Of a stretch of DNA of 64,000 bases, positions 48,770 through 63,528 are shown in pieces (within the stretch, counting starts at the first letter, position 1; every line of letters begins with the position of its first letter). Source of the DNA: Schmidtea polychroa (lineage: Eukaryota); assembly GCA_044892525.1 (NCBI GenBank), contig CM097885.1, forward strand, positions 47,865,727 to 47,929,726, given 5' to 3'. A program made the position numbers and the translations under genes. The notes under the pieces were generated by a model. That model did not search any database. It saw only the letters and a program-made list of their open reading frames with translations, and had not been told where the DNA came from.

Positions 48770-50596
48770 ATTGTTGTTGTCTATTGGCACAAAGTTTATC
48801 AAATCTTGGGAGTAATGTGGAGATTGCCACTCGTAACTCCTTTTCGACTATTAACCTGGCTCGATATTTGGTTTTCATTGCAGCCAGTGCCAAAAAGCCC
48901 GTTTAAATAAGACGTTGCAAATGGTATAAGTACTTGCATTGCTTTGCAATACAAAGATTCATACTCTCCACTAAGATTCATCCAAAATTGAATTATCGTT
49001 TCATTTTGAAACTTTTGTTTTAGTATACTATCGCATGATAATTCTGTCAATTTTTCTCTTTCGATTGTTGAAAGCTCAAATTCGTCTTCTTAATTGTCGA
49101 TAAATGGATTCTGTACCAACAAAAACTTTGAGAAATCAAGGTCTTTGAAATAATTTGTAAAATGCAGCACCAAACCATCCAAGTGTTCAATAAAAAGATT
49201 TTTGCTTGATTCTATATTGGCCGTGGTCCAGAAATCTTTTGAAAGTGAAAACATATCTAACTTATTCTTTTGTAAATTTAATTTCCATAACTTCAGCTTT
49301 TTAATGAAAGCTTTTACTTTGTCTTTTTGAACAAGTGGATGCATTTGTGATCCTTGCATTGATTTATTCAAACCGCTCAATTTTCCAAAAATTTCAACCA
49401 AATAGGCAAGTTTCACAATAAAGTTATCGTTCGTCCACAAATGTGCCTCTTCATGATGGTTTCCTTCGAGAAAGATTGCTATTTCTTCTTTGAGTTCAAA
49501 CACTTTTTAAAAGACTTTTGCACGAGATAGCCAGCGAACTTCACAATAATACAGAAGTGAAATATAATTAGCTTCCATATCAACACACAGTTTTGCAAAC
49601 AGCCTAGCTCTCAAGGGACTGTTCTTAATGTAGTTTATAATTTTTATAACTTTTGTGAAAATGATGTTCAATTCCTCGCTCATATTTTTTGACATTAGAG
49701 CTGCTCTGTGAAGCATACAGTGCGTCCAGATAGCATGTGGTGCTTTTTTTCACCAATGCTTGAAGACCTGCTTTGTGTCCGGACATTGAGTGAGCTCCGT
49801 CAGTAAAGGGTCCAATGCAATTATTCCATGATATGTCGTTTTCTTCAAAAAAACCGTCTATTATATTAAAAAGTTCAATGGATGTGGTCTTTACAGGAAT
49901 AGGTTTGCAAAATAATATATCTTCTAATATATCATTTCCCGCAACATATCCAACATATGCAATCAAATGAGCATCTTTAGTTATATCAGTTGCCTCATCT
50001 ACTTGAATTGCGAATATCGAAGTATGCAACCGAGAAACTAATTGATCTCTGATATCTTCAGAAATATCATTGATTCTTCTCCCAACTGTATTATCAGCTA
50101 GCCGAATTTGTTACAACTGTTTTGCATAAGATTCGCCGAACATTTTCGAACCATATCAACAGCTGCTGGTAAAATTAGGGTTTTTCCTATTGTATGTGGT
50201 TTCTTACATTTCGCAATTCCTTATGAGACATGGTACGAAGCCAATAAACTATTTTTTTGAACGTTTGTCTTTGAATATTTATCTCGTGCAATTTTGTTTG
50301 AAAAATTCTATGGGCTTGTTAACATATTCAGGGTGTAGAGTTTCATGGTGCCGTTTTAATTTTACTTGTCTCATACTATCTGAAGCCAAGACTTTCAAAA
50401 ACAAAAAAAAACACATTGGTTTTTCCGAGCCATCTATAACAACACTTGTAAATCCTAACGATAAATATGGTGAACAGTATTGTCTTTTCTTGGGTGTTTT
50501 ACCTCATTCTTTTCTCATATTATTCCTACTTGTATCAGCATCATTATCTTCATTATTGTCGACTTTTCTCTTGTACCCACTCAAAAATTTATCCAT
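48770..50596 (-). pseudogene. Buster/ZBED5-like transposase, multiple frameshifts
   Basis: FAIQVDEATD, TDGAHSM, HCMLHR, EVRWLSR, LAYLVEIF..L..LN, LIPFATSYL. Confidence 0.9.
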
Positions 50597-51378
50597 TTTT
50601 CTAAAAATATTTTATTGATATAATTTAAAATAAATAATGATTAAATATAAATATGAAAATATACTAACGATTATTTTCAGAAAGAAATCACGATAATAAC
50701 AATAAGACACTTTTGCGACGAGTGACGTATAAATTTGAGGTGCAACTAGTGGGCGTTTTGTGCATTACCAAAACCGAGCGTTGCAAAGGATAATTTTTAT
50801 ATACGAATTAAATGTATGTATAGAAATTTAATAAAAATAAAATTAAGTATTTATTTACTGAATTTTTACAGTTTCGTTACAATATGAAGTTTTATTTATT
50901 TGTAGATATTATAGTATGAAAATCATTTTTTTACCCAAAAGTTTTTGCGCCTCCCGGGTTGGAAACCACTGACCTATTGTAATTTTTGTGTTAATTTTGT
51001 TTTTTTTAATTTTACTTGTTTTCAATTTTGTAGTTTTATTCATTTAATTTTATATTTTTTAAAGAATGTTTTGATTCTTTCCTCCTGATTGATTTACCTT
51101 CGCCAATAATTTACCGGTGTTTTCTTTTGTCACATTTTTTCCAGTCGCAGAGGAGAAATAATCTGTAAACATAAAGAAATAAGCCGAATTACAGATAATG
51201 GGCTGTTACTCGACGCGCTTAAGTCTAAAATAAGCGAACGAAGTAAATTAATATAGAATATGCCAAATAGTTAGACAATATGTGAGTTGAATGACATAAT
51301 CTCAATAGGTAGAAACAAGTAAATTGAATATACTAATTCCAATTAATCTAGATTAATCTCGAAATTAAATTGTAATTA

Positions 51379-51573
51379 CCGTATTTTTCGGACCATAAGG
51401 CGCACTTAAAATCCTATCATTTTCTCAAAAATCGTCAGTGCGCCTTATAATAGAGTTGAATAAAGTTTGACTTATTGGAGTTTTGTGTCATTTAATGTGT
51501 ACGCCTTATGTATGAAAATAAAACCGTTAGCAGTCGATCAATGATATTGGGCCTTATGGTCCGAAAAATACGG
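51379..51573. mobile_element. Tc2-like MITE, second copy
   Basis: Same TIR and interior as 40594-40774. Confidence 0.88.
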
Positions 51574-52254
51574 TGCTTTTATTCATTTTCTTTCACATAG
51601 GGTTTCTGAAAACGGTACTTTTTGAAAACGGCCGGTTTTTCTTTTATATTAATAAAGTAAAATAAAATTAAAGTAAATACATAAAAAATTCTTAAATTAT
51701 TGTTAGTAGTAGGATGTGAGCTCCCCAGACCATGTCCCCTCCAGATCACATATACCCCCTCCCCCCCCCGGGAAAAAATTTTATTTTTTTTTTTAGAACG
51801 ATGCCTAATATTTTTAGAACTATTACGTAATCAATGCCTAATATTTTTAGAACGATGCCTAATATTTTTAGAACTATTACGTAATTTTTTTTAAATTAAG
51901 TGATCCAGCGGGGACCTACTTTTTTTCTTCCCAAAAGTAATGTTCCCGCCAACAAATTTTATTAACCGATACCTCATCTTCAAGCTCAGTCCAAGACCTT
52001 TCGAATGAGTTATAGGTATCTTATATATCTTTAATAGTTTTAATGTTATTAACAATTGATGACCACCATCTTTTCAACGTTAAATTATTATTATTTTTCA
52101 AAATATTATTAAGTGATCCAGCGGGGACCTACTTTTTTTCATCCCAAAAATTATTGTTCCCGCCAACATATTATATTGATCGATAGCTTATTTTAAAGCT
52201 CTGTGCAAGAACTTTCTAATGAGATATAGATTTTTATCATACGATGACTCATCA

Positions 52255-52570
52255 CATTTTTAGAACAAAGACAATGACTCATCACATTTTTAGAATGATG
52301 TCTAATATTTTAGAATGATGCCAAATATTTTTAGAACGATGTCTATTATTTTTAGAATGATGTCTAATATTTTAGAATGATGCCTAATATTTTTAGAACG
52401 ATTACGTCATACTTTTAGAACGATGCCTAATATTTTTAGAATGATGCCAAATACTTTTAGAACGATGCCTAATATTTTTAGAGCGATTACGTCATACTTT
52501 TAGAACGATGCCTAATATTTTTAGAATGATTACATCATACTTTTAGAACGATGCCAAATATTTTTAGAAT
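52255..52570. repeat. ~21 bp tandem repeat (TTTTTAGAACGATGCCTAATA); also at 51790-51890
   Basis: Direct reading. Confidence 0.9.
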
Positions 52571-52707
52571 TAATAATTTTGTTTTAATTATCGATGATTA
52601 TATAATTTGTTTAAATCATTGATTATATAATTCTTCTGTTTTAATTATAGAATACGTAATAATATAATTTTGTTTAAATCGTTGATTACATATTATTATT
52701 TTCTAAG

Positions 52708-52758
<51 letters not shown>

Positions 52759-52965
52759 CATATATACACCGAGTCTATCCGACAAGATATTCTGTCCCCC
52801 TATGGGTACTGCTCACCATAGTACTGCTCACGCTCAACAAGTCACATGGGTACTGTTCACAAAGTTACTACTAAAAATATTTAAGACAAAACTTTAACAA
52901 AGAAATTCTAAATATTATACTTTAAATATACACTCAAACTAAAATTTATTAACACATTCAAATTC

Positions 52966-53005
52966 ATCATCTCCACAGTTCATAACATTTTCAAATACAA
53001 TTTCA

Positions 53006-53063
<58 letters not shown>

Positions 53064-53407
53064 TATTATTACGCGCACGGGGAATATTATTATCAATATA
53101 TATACTCTTAATCTATCCGACAAAATATTCTGTCCCTTTATGGGTATTGCTCATATGGGTAATGGTCAAAGGTGTACTACTCACATTCAACATGTCTCAA
53201 AGGATATAATATAATTATTATTAAATTCTGACCAACTTAAATCAATGAAGGGGTAGAACAAAAATATATTAAGTTGCGGTATTTTAAATTTAAAAATATT
53301 TTAAAAACTTATTTTGACACTAAAGTTTACTTAATTAACAAAGACATAATTATTGCACATGCTTTGCATAAATATTATTATTTTTTAAATTTTCAAATAC
53401 AATTTCA

Positions 53408-53494
<87 letters not shown>

Positions 53495-53594
53495 CAAAAA
53501 ATCTAAAATATGGTTTACACACACGACCCATTAACAATTATTTGTATCAATATTAGTGAAAAACCTAAAATATTTTTTACACGACCCATTAAAC

Positions 53595-53636
<42 letters not shown>

Positions 53637-56600
53637 GCAAATATTAGTCAAAAACATAAAAACACACACTCAACCAATTAACAATTATTATTATCAATAT
53701 TATTATTATTGCAAATACTAGTCAAAAACTTAAAATTTTTTTTTTTACACACACACAACCCATTAACAATTATTATTATCAATATTAGTGAAAACCTAAA
53801 ATATTTTCTACACACACACACACACACACACAACCCATTAACCATTATTATTATTGCAAATATTAGTCAAAAACATAAAAACACTCATAAACCATTATTA
53901 TTATCAATATTAGTGAAAACCTCAAATATTTTTTACACACATATACAACCCATTAAACTTTATTATTATCATTATTATTATTATAATTATTATTATTAGT
54001 GAAAAAACCTTAAATAATTTTTACATACTAAGTTATGGGGTAGAGTATTATTAAGTTTGCAGTATTCTGTGTTTGTCTTTACAGGAAGTTGTCAATAAGG
54101 AGCGATAATTTTACACACACATTCTATATACACATACCTTGTTTAACATGGGTGTATATACTCCTAGTCTATCCGACAAAATATTCTGTCCCCCTATGGG
54201 TATTGCTCACAAAGGTACTACTCACACTCAACATATCGCAAGGGTATATTAATTATGGTTAGTAAATAAAACCTATCACACATACTATTTAAACGATAAA
54301 AATCAAGACAAGAGAGGACAAGGCAAAGTGTATGCATTTAGTATTGCCAGGCCTAATGAGCAGTGACCAAATATCTGTGCCTGAAAGACACGGTGGATAT
54401 TTGTTCGCGTCCACAAGGGTCGTCTGTGCCTTCCCCAAGTGGGGTCAGAAGAACCTGGGCATTATAGCTTTCCGTACGGAACATTACGCCTAGCATGGGT
54501 AGTCAACTACCAGCACATTCGAAACGTATAATTTCAAAATACATGCGTCATTGGCACTATAACCAAATTAATTATTGTTTTCACTAACACAAATATATAT
54601 TTACAGAGGCCTCCCACTAGTTGGATTACAACCGCCCACCACGACGATCAGCTTGTAAATATATATTAATTAAGGGATAAAGAGGACCCACCCAACCCTA
54701 TTATATTTAATTTACAAATTTTTCTCGCTCTTCTGTTGGTAATCTATCTCAAAATTAATCTCTCCATCAGGCCATTTGATAGTGATTTCATGGAATACAT
54801 CTTGCAAATTGGATGTATTTCTTAGTTTCTGATGCGGCGTCAACTATCATTGCTAAAATTTATATTGATTTAAAAGCAATTAACTTACATTTTATCGTCA
54901 CAAATTAAATTCTGTCTGACTATTAGGCAACTGTTATTTGTGGTATACTTTTTCAATGTCATTTCCCACCATAAAACACAGATACCTAAATATAATATAT
55001 ATATATTTTAAAGAATTAATTCATGTCTTACATTAATAATAATATTCTTCAGGTAGTACTTTACAATATCTAATTGATAAAACATCGGTTTTTCCCATTT
55101 TTCTTGACAATCGTTGAAAGTTTACATAATTTAAGTAAACATTCATGTTGAAGGACACCCACAATCAGCTAATTCATTTAAAAAATCCAGAACATAGCAA
55201 TGTTTCACCATTTTGTCTGGTTCATTTTCTTCTATAATTCATGTTTTAATAAGAAATCTCTAAATCCAGAACATAAGTCATTTAGTGTTTCACCATTTTG
55301 TTCATCTTCTTCATAATTATATAATTCATTTTCTTCATTACTAAGTAAAATAATTAAAATATTGTAGTAAATTCTTTATTTGCTTACTTTATGGATACTA
55401 AAACGAAAGAAATAACGTTATATCAGAATTATATTTAAATAATTTAAATTTAGTTATTTAAACATATTTAAACACTTTAGTTATTTAAGCATATTTAAAC
55501 ATTAATATTATTATATAGTATAATTTTATATAATTTTATATAATATTATAATATTATAATATTATGTATTGTAAATTTAATATATCCTTCATTTAATTTT
55601 TTAAATTCAAATATTTATAATGAAGATTCTTTGAATTAAAAAATATTCTGTTAGTATTTCCAGGCAGAAAACAACGAATTCAATAATTAAAATCTTAATT
55701 TTCATGTTGTTAGAGTTGTGGCCAGAAGTTAATCGCCATCTAATCGTTTGTTCTCAATTTCGCTCATTTTTGTTCAAAACATTCAGGTGAGTTGTTATCT
55801 GGAAAGTTTCTTTGAGCTCAGTTTTGTTAAAACACTCACGGTATTTTTGAGGGACGTGACACTGGAAATAAATTACCAATGGGTGGTCATCCATACATGT
55901 TGTTGGTTTGAACTGTTGATTTATTTTAGAAATATGTATATTAAAAACATTTAAGGTATCATTCAGTAAAATAATATAGTATTTTTGAGTATTTTTAGTT
56001 AATTTATAAATAACAGTATTTTGATATATCAATAAAGACCATATACTCCTAGTTTATCCGACAAAATATTCTGTCCCCCTATGGGTATTGCTAGCAAGGG
56101 TACTGGTCACACTCAACAAGACGCAATATTAATCATTTAGAAATTCTTAGGTAATTTAGTGAGATGATCGTGAATATTTTAAATGTAACTTTACACTTAT
56201 ATCGAGCGACTAATTTATTGGTTAACTTTGTAGTCATTTAAAGCAAAAATTAATTTATTCATCTAATGTTCGTTACAATAGTTAATAATATGAGAAAAAC
56301 ATGGTCATTATTCATTGATAATTTTAAATTCTTTATCATTTGGAGTAAATTTGTTTGAGGCAAAAATAATTAAAGGAGTCATAATAGAAATATGGTTATC
56401 ATTTATCCAATTAAGGGGCTTATTAGTTAGAAATATAAAGTAACAATTATTTTCTAATTTAATTAGATGATCATTAGACGTAATATATCTTTGCGAGAAA
56501 TTTAAGATGTTTGAGTAACCAAAACATGGACATTTTGTGCGATAAATTTATGAATATTGCTTAATTTTGTCATTTTTAGTGATTTAAAATAATATTTAGC

Positions 56601-58096
56601 AAAGGTAATTTAGCAAAATATCATTTATCCACCCGATAACAATATTCCTTCAATAGATTAACTGATATTCAACCGATTTAATTTCTGGAAATATAATTAA
56701 AATCATAAATTTCCTTCATGAAAGTTAAATTTTCTTTAGTTGTCGATGTCTAACTCTTTTAAGTCAATATTTTTGTTACCGTTATCTTCATAATGAATGT
56801 CCGTCTTTAAAATGTTAAATAAAATAATTTAAAGCAATAACCTTTGATATCAATTATCTCTAAATATTTCAAATATTGCATTGTCAAAACCAAGTAAATT
56901 AGTCATTACCCATTAATAAAACCGTGGATAATTAATAAAAACTGGTTCTGAAACATAAATTACTGTGCAATAACATTCATCACAACCTCTAAAACGATAT
57001 AATTTCACAGGAACTATTCATAGCTGACTATTTCCCTTGAAAATTTGTTATTTTACCAATAAGAATATATAAATATTCAAAACATTAACCGATCCCTCAC
57101 CAAATATCTTTACCCCTTAAAACACCTTAAATCGTATATATTACCATCTTAACCTTCACTAAATCCAATCGAATATAATTTCATCCACTTGTGCCCTTTA
57201 ATAAATCTTAAAATCTATAGAAAATTCTTCAAAATATGAATTTTATTTAATTGTCACAGACATTCTTCCATTGAAATAATTTAGTAGCTAAATTCAAAGA
57301 GTCCACTAAAAGATCAAAATTCATTAAAATAAATATTTAACCACATGTGTCATCAAATACCTAACTAGAGATGATAATATCTCATTGATTGATCATAATT
57401 ATAACCATTATAACATGATATATCTTTCAAACTAAATTTAGGTATATTTTACAATAATTTTCAAGTAGATTTTAAATATATCATCATCGTGAAAAAAAAT
57501 TAGATTGTTTCAACTTTAGATTTTCAATATTTTAAAGTTCATCAATGTGTAAATATTCTTAGAAAAATATATGAAAAAATTATTTAGTCAAATTATCATT
57601 ACAAAGTCATCATCATCATCAAAATTAATAAAATATAGCAAATTATCAAGAAATTAATTAAATTTATCTTAGAATTAACACTAAACCTTAAATATTCTTT
57701 CAATTAACATGAAATTCACAAAAAAAAAAATATTAGTAAAATCCCGCTAACTCTAAAAATTACCAACGAATTTAATGCTAAATAATAACCAAAAATTTGC
57801 CTAAATAAAACACACCAGTACCTTTACGACCAGTACCCTTACGAGCAGTACCAATTGTGAACAGTACCCATAGAGGGAGAAAATATCTTGTCGGATAAAC
57901 TCAGAGTATATATAATAAAACAAATTAACAATAACTCCATCAAATTGAATCAGTCAAATTAACACAAATTTTGATAAAAAATCTTATTCTAAAATGGTAA
58001 GAAGCGTAAAGTCGAAAGATAATTTTAATAACACCGAGATAAATTAACAATATTATTCTCAGGTGGTAAGAATCTTCATTAAAGTTAGGAAATTAT
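52966..58096 (+). repeat. Left arm of giant inverted repeat (portion with a visible partner)
   Basis: Reverse complement of 58795-64000; mirrored identical ORFs 55754-56032(-) and 60860-61138(+). Confidence 0.97.
55754..56032 (-). pseudogene. Possible decayed GIY-YIG nuclease-like ORF (mirror copy 60860-61138 +)
   Basis: YQNTVIYKL..KYYI and ECFNKTELKE..LNK resemble viral GIY-YIG motifs, but the conserved Gly and catalytic Arg are absent. Confidence 0.3.
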
Positions 58097-58794
58097 AAGA
58101 ACTACCAATTGCTATAAAATATTTAAACGAATTTAGTTTTGTTGTTTTATAACTTTTGGTTATATTTGAGTGAGTTTTCGAGTGTACCTTTTAACTTTCA
58201 GTGCTCATTTTCATTAAAAAGAGTAATGTATCTTAAATTTTCTTTTGGAATATTTGTTTTTGAAATATTTAGTGTAAAATAGTAAATTTAATAATAAATT
58301 GTTAATATTAAAGGACTTAATCAAAATTTAAAATCGGAATTTAACATAATTACTCTGTCAAATACAATTCACGGTTTCTTATGTAATAAAATAATCATTT
58401 GGGGATTAAATACTTTATTAAATAAAAGTTTATCACATTATTAAAATATTTTAATTCGTTAGTAGCTCATATAATAGAAATAATTTTATTTATATATCCT
58501 CATCACTTATAGCCGCCGACTCTCGATTTCCCACTAATTATTATCATTTATATTCTCCCGGCAAATATTTCTTTTAAAATTGTATTAAATATTTTTTTAT
58601 TAAAGTGAACGTTTTTTATGAATTTTTATGAAATTTATGAATTTTATGAAATAATTTTAAATAAATACAATTAATATATATCCATGCCACTTCTCAGTAT
58701 ATTTTCATTAACCTTCCATAATCCAATAATGAATTATTCTAACACTTATTTTAAACCCTTTGAAGTTTATTATTAATTTATCACAGAATAATAA

Positions 58795-61700
58795 ATAATT
58801 TCCTAACTTTAATGAAGATTCTTACCACCTGAGAATAATATTGTTAATTTATCTCGGTGTTATTAAAATTATCTTTCGACTTTACGCTTCTTACCATTTT
58901 AGAATAAGATTTTTTATCAAAATTTGTGTTAATTTGACTGATTCAATTTGATGGAGTTATTGTTAATTTGTTTTATTATATATACTCTGAGTTTATCCGA
59001 CAAGATATTTTCTCCCTCTATGGGTACTGTTCACAATTGGTACTGCTCGTAAGGGTACTGGTCGTAAAGGTACTGGTGTGTTTTATTTAGGCAAATTTTT
59101 GGTTATTATTTAGCATTAAATTCGTTGGTAATTTTTAGAGTTAGCGGGATTTTACTAATATTTTTTTTTTTTGTGAATTTCATGTTAATTGAAAGAATAT
59201 TTAAGGTTTAGTGTTAATTCTAAGATAAATTTAATTAATTTCTTGATAATTTGCTATATTTTATTAATTTTGATGATGATGATGACTTTGTAATGATAAT
59301 TTGACTAAATAATTTTTTCATATATTTTTCTAAGAATATTTACACATTGATGAACTTTAAAATATTGAAAATCTAAAGTTGAAACAATCTAATTTTTTTT
59401 CACGATGATGATATATTTAAAATCTACTTGAAAATTATTGTAAAATATACCTAAATTTAGTTTGAAAGATATATCATGTTATAATGGTTATAATTATGAT
59501 CAATCAATGAGATATTATCATCTCTAGTTAGGTATTTGATGACACATGTGGTTAAATATTTATTTTAATGAATTTTGATCTTTTAGTGGACTCTTTGAAT
59601 TTAGCTACTAAATTATTTCAATGGAAGAATGTCTGTGACAATTAAATAAAATTCATATTTTGAAGAATTTTCTATAGATTTTAAGATTTATTAAAGGGCA
59701 CAAGTGGATGAAATTATATTCGATTGGATTTAGTGAAGGTTAAGATGGTAATATATACGATTTAAGGTGTTTTAAGGGGTAAAGATATTTGGTGAGGGAT
59801 CGGTTAATGTTTTGAATATTTATATATTCTTATTGGTAAAATAACAAATTTTCAAGGGAAATAGTCAGCTATGAATAGTTCCTGTGAAATTATATCGTTT
59901 TAGAGGTTGTGATGAATGTTATTGCACAGTAATTTATGTTTCAGAACCAGTTTTTATTAATTATCCACGGTTTTATTAATGGGTAATGACTAATTTACTT
60001 GGTTTTGACAATGCAATATTTGAAATATTTAGAGATAATTGATATCAAAGGTTATTGCTTTAAATTATTTTATTTAACATTTTAAAGACGGACATTCATT
60101 ATGAAGATAACGGTAACAAAAATATTGACTTAAAAGAGTTAGACATCGACAACTAAAGAAAATTTAACTTTCATGAAGGAAATTTATGATTTTAATTATA
60201 TTTCCAGAAATTAAATCGGTTGAATATCAGTTAATCTATTGAAGGAATATTGTTATCGGGTGGATAAATGATATTTTGCTAAATTACCTTTGCTAAATAT
60301 TATTTTAAATCACTAAAAATGACAAAATTAAGCAATATTCATAAATTTATCGCACAAAATGTCCATGTTTTGGTTACTCAAACATCTTAAATTTCTCGCA
60401 AAGATATATTACGTCTAATGATCATCTAATTAAATTAGAAAATAATTGTTACTTTATATTTCTAACTAATAAGCCCCTTAATTGGATAAATGATAACCAT
60501 ATTTCTATTATGACTCCTTTAATTATTTTTGCCTCAAACAAATTTACTCCAAATGATAAAGAATTTAAAATTATCAATGAATAATGACCATGTTTTTCTC
60601 ATATTATTAACTATTGTAACGAACATTAGATGAATAAATTAATTTTTGCTTTAAATGACTACAAAGTTAACCAATAAATTAGTCGCTCGATATAAGTGTA
60701 AAGTTACATTTAAAATATTCACGATCATCTCACTAAATTACCTAAGAATTTCTAAATGATTAATATTGCGTCTTGTTGAGTGTGACCAGTACCCTTGCTA
60801 GCAATACCCATAGGGGGACAGAATATTTTGTCGGATAAACTAGGAGTATATGGTCTTTATTGATATATCAAAATACTGTTATTTATAAATTAACTAAAAA
60901 TACTCAAAAATACTATATTATTTTACTGAATGATACCTTAAATGTTTTTAATATACATATTTCTAAAATAAATCAACAGTTCAAACCAACAACATGTATG
61001 GATGACCACCCATTGGTAATTTATTTCCAGTGTCACGTCCCTCAAAAATACCGTGAGTGTTTTAACAAAACTGAGCTCAAAGAAACTTTCCAGATAACAA
61101 CTCACCTGAATGTTTTGAACAAAAATGAGCGAAATTGAGAACAAACGATTAGATGGCGATTAACTTCTGGCCACAACTCTAACAACATGAAAATTAAGAT
61201 TTTAATTATTGAATTCGTTGTTTTCTGCCTGGAAATACTAACAGAATATTTTTTAATTCAAAGAATCTTCATTATAAATATTTGAATTTAAAAAATTAAA
61301 TGAAGGATATATTAAATTTACAATACATAATATTATAATATTATAATATTATATAAAATTATATAAAATTATACTATATAATAATATTAATGTTTAAATA
61401 TGCTTAAATAACTAAAGTGTTTAAATATGTTTAAATAACTAAATTTAAATTATTTAAATATAATTCTGATATAACGTTATTTCTTTCGTTTTAGTATCCA
61501 TAAAGTAAGCAAATAAAGAATTTACTACAATATTTTAATTATTTTACTTAGTAATGAAGAAAATGAATTATATAATTATGAAGAAGATGAACAAAATGGT
61601 GAAACACTAAATGACTTATGTTCTGGATTTAGAGATTTCTTATTAAAACATGAATTATAGAAGAAAATGAACCAGACAAAATGGTGAAACATTGCTATGT

Positions 61701-63257
61701 TCTGGATTTTTTAAATGAATTAGCTGATTGTGGGTGTCCTTCAACATGAATGTTTACTTAAATTATGTAAACTTTCAACGATTGTCAAGAAAAATGGGAA
61801 AAACCGATGTTTTATCAATTAGATATTGTAAAGTACTACCTGAAGAATATTATTATTAATGTAAGACATGAATTAATTCTTTAAAATATATATATATTAT
61901 ATTTAGGTATCTGTGTTTTATGGTGGGAAATGACATTGAAAAAGTATACCACAAATAACAGTTGCCTAATAGTCAGACAGAATTTAATTTGTGACGATAA
62001 AATGTAAGTTAATTGCTTTTAAATCAATATAAATTTTAGCAATGATAGTTGACGCCGCATCAGAAACTAAGAAATACATCCAATTTGCAAGATGTATTCC
62101 ATGAAATCACTATCAAATGGCCTGATGGAGAGATTAATTTTGAGATAGATTACCAACAGAAGAGCGAGAAAAATTTGTAAATTAAATATAATAGGGTTGG
62201 GTGGGTCCTCTTTATCCCTTAATTAATATATATTTACAAGCTGATCGTCGTGGTGGGCGGTTGTAATCCAACTAGTGGGAGGCCTCTGTAAATATATATT
62301 TGTGTTAGTGAAAACAATAATTAATTTGGTTATAGTGCCAATGACGCATGTATTTTGAAATTATACGTTTCGAATGTGCTGGTAGTTGACTACCCATGCT
62401 AGGCGTAATGTTCCGTACGGAAAGCTATAATGCCCAGGTTCTTCTGACCCCACTTGGGGAAGGCACAGACGACCCTTGTGGACGCGAACAAATATCCACC
62501 GTGTCTTTCAGGCACAGATATTTGGTCACTGCTCATTAGGCCTGGCAATACTAAATGCATACACTTTGCCTTGTCCTCTCTTGTCTTGATTTTTATCGTT
62601 TAAATAGTATGTGTGATAGGTTTTATTTACTAACCATAATTAATATACCCTTGCGATATGTTGAGTGTGAGTAGTACCTTTGTGAGCAATACCCATAGGG
62701 GGACAGAATATTTTGTCGGATAGACTAGGAGTATATACACCCATGTTAAACAAGGTATGTGTATATAGAATGTGTGTGTAAAATTATCGCTCCTTATTGA
62801 CAACTTCCTGTAAAGACAAACACAGAATACTGCAAACTTAATAATACTCTACCCCATAACTTAGTATGTAAAAATTATTTAAGGTTTTTTCACTAATAAT
62901 AATAATTATAATAATAATAATGATAATAATAAAGTTTAATGGGTTGTATATGTGTGTAAAAAATATTTGAGGTTTTCACTAATATTGATAATAATAATGG
63001 TTTATGAGTGTTTTTATGTTTTTGACTAATATTTGCAATAATAATAATGGTTAATGGGTTGTGTGTGTGTGTGTGTGTGTGTGTAGAAAATATTTTAGGT
63101 TTTCACTAATATTGATAATAATAATTGTTAATGGGTTGTGTGTGTGTAAAAAAAAAAATTTTAAGTTTTTGACTAGTATTTGCAATAATAATAATATTGA
63201 TAATAATAATTGTTAATTGGTTGAGTGTGTGTTTTTATGTTTTTGACTAATATTTGC

Positions 63258-63332
<75 letters not shown>

Positions 63333-63432
63333 GTTTAATGGGTCGTGTAAAAAATATTTTAGGTTTTTCACTAATATTGATACAAATAATTGTTAATGGG
63401 TCGTGTGTGTAAACCATATTTTAGATTTTTTG

Positions 63433-63528
<96 letters not shown>

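Larger units (their letters stand above)
47710..50971 (-). mobile_element. Full-length decayed hAT-Charlie/Buster element
   Basis: TIR CAGCGGTTTCTAACC / GGTTGGAAACCACTG; TSD ACCTAATT/ACCTATTG. Confidence 0.9.

Noticed and set aside
50190..50618. 142 aa plus-strand ORF
   Set aside because: Antisense to the Buster-like transposase N-terminus
52670..53999. Ile-, His- and Thr-rich ORFs (and mirror 63393-63662)
   Set aside because: Derived from (ATT)n and (CA)n repeats
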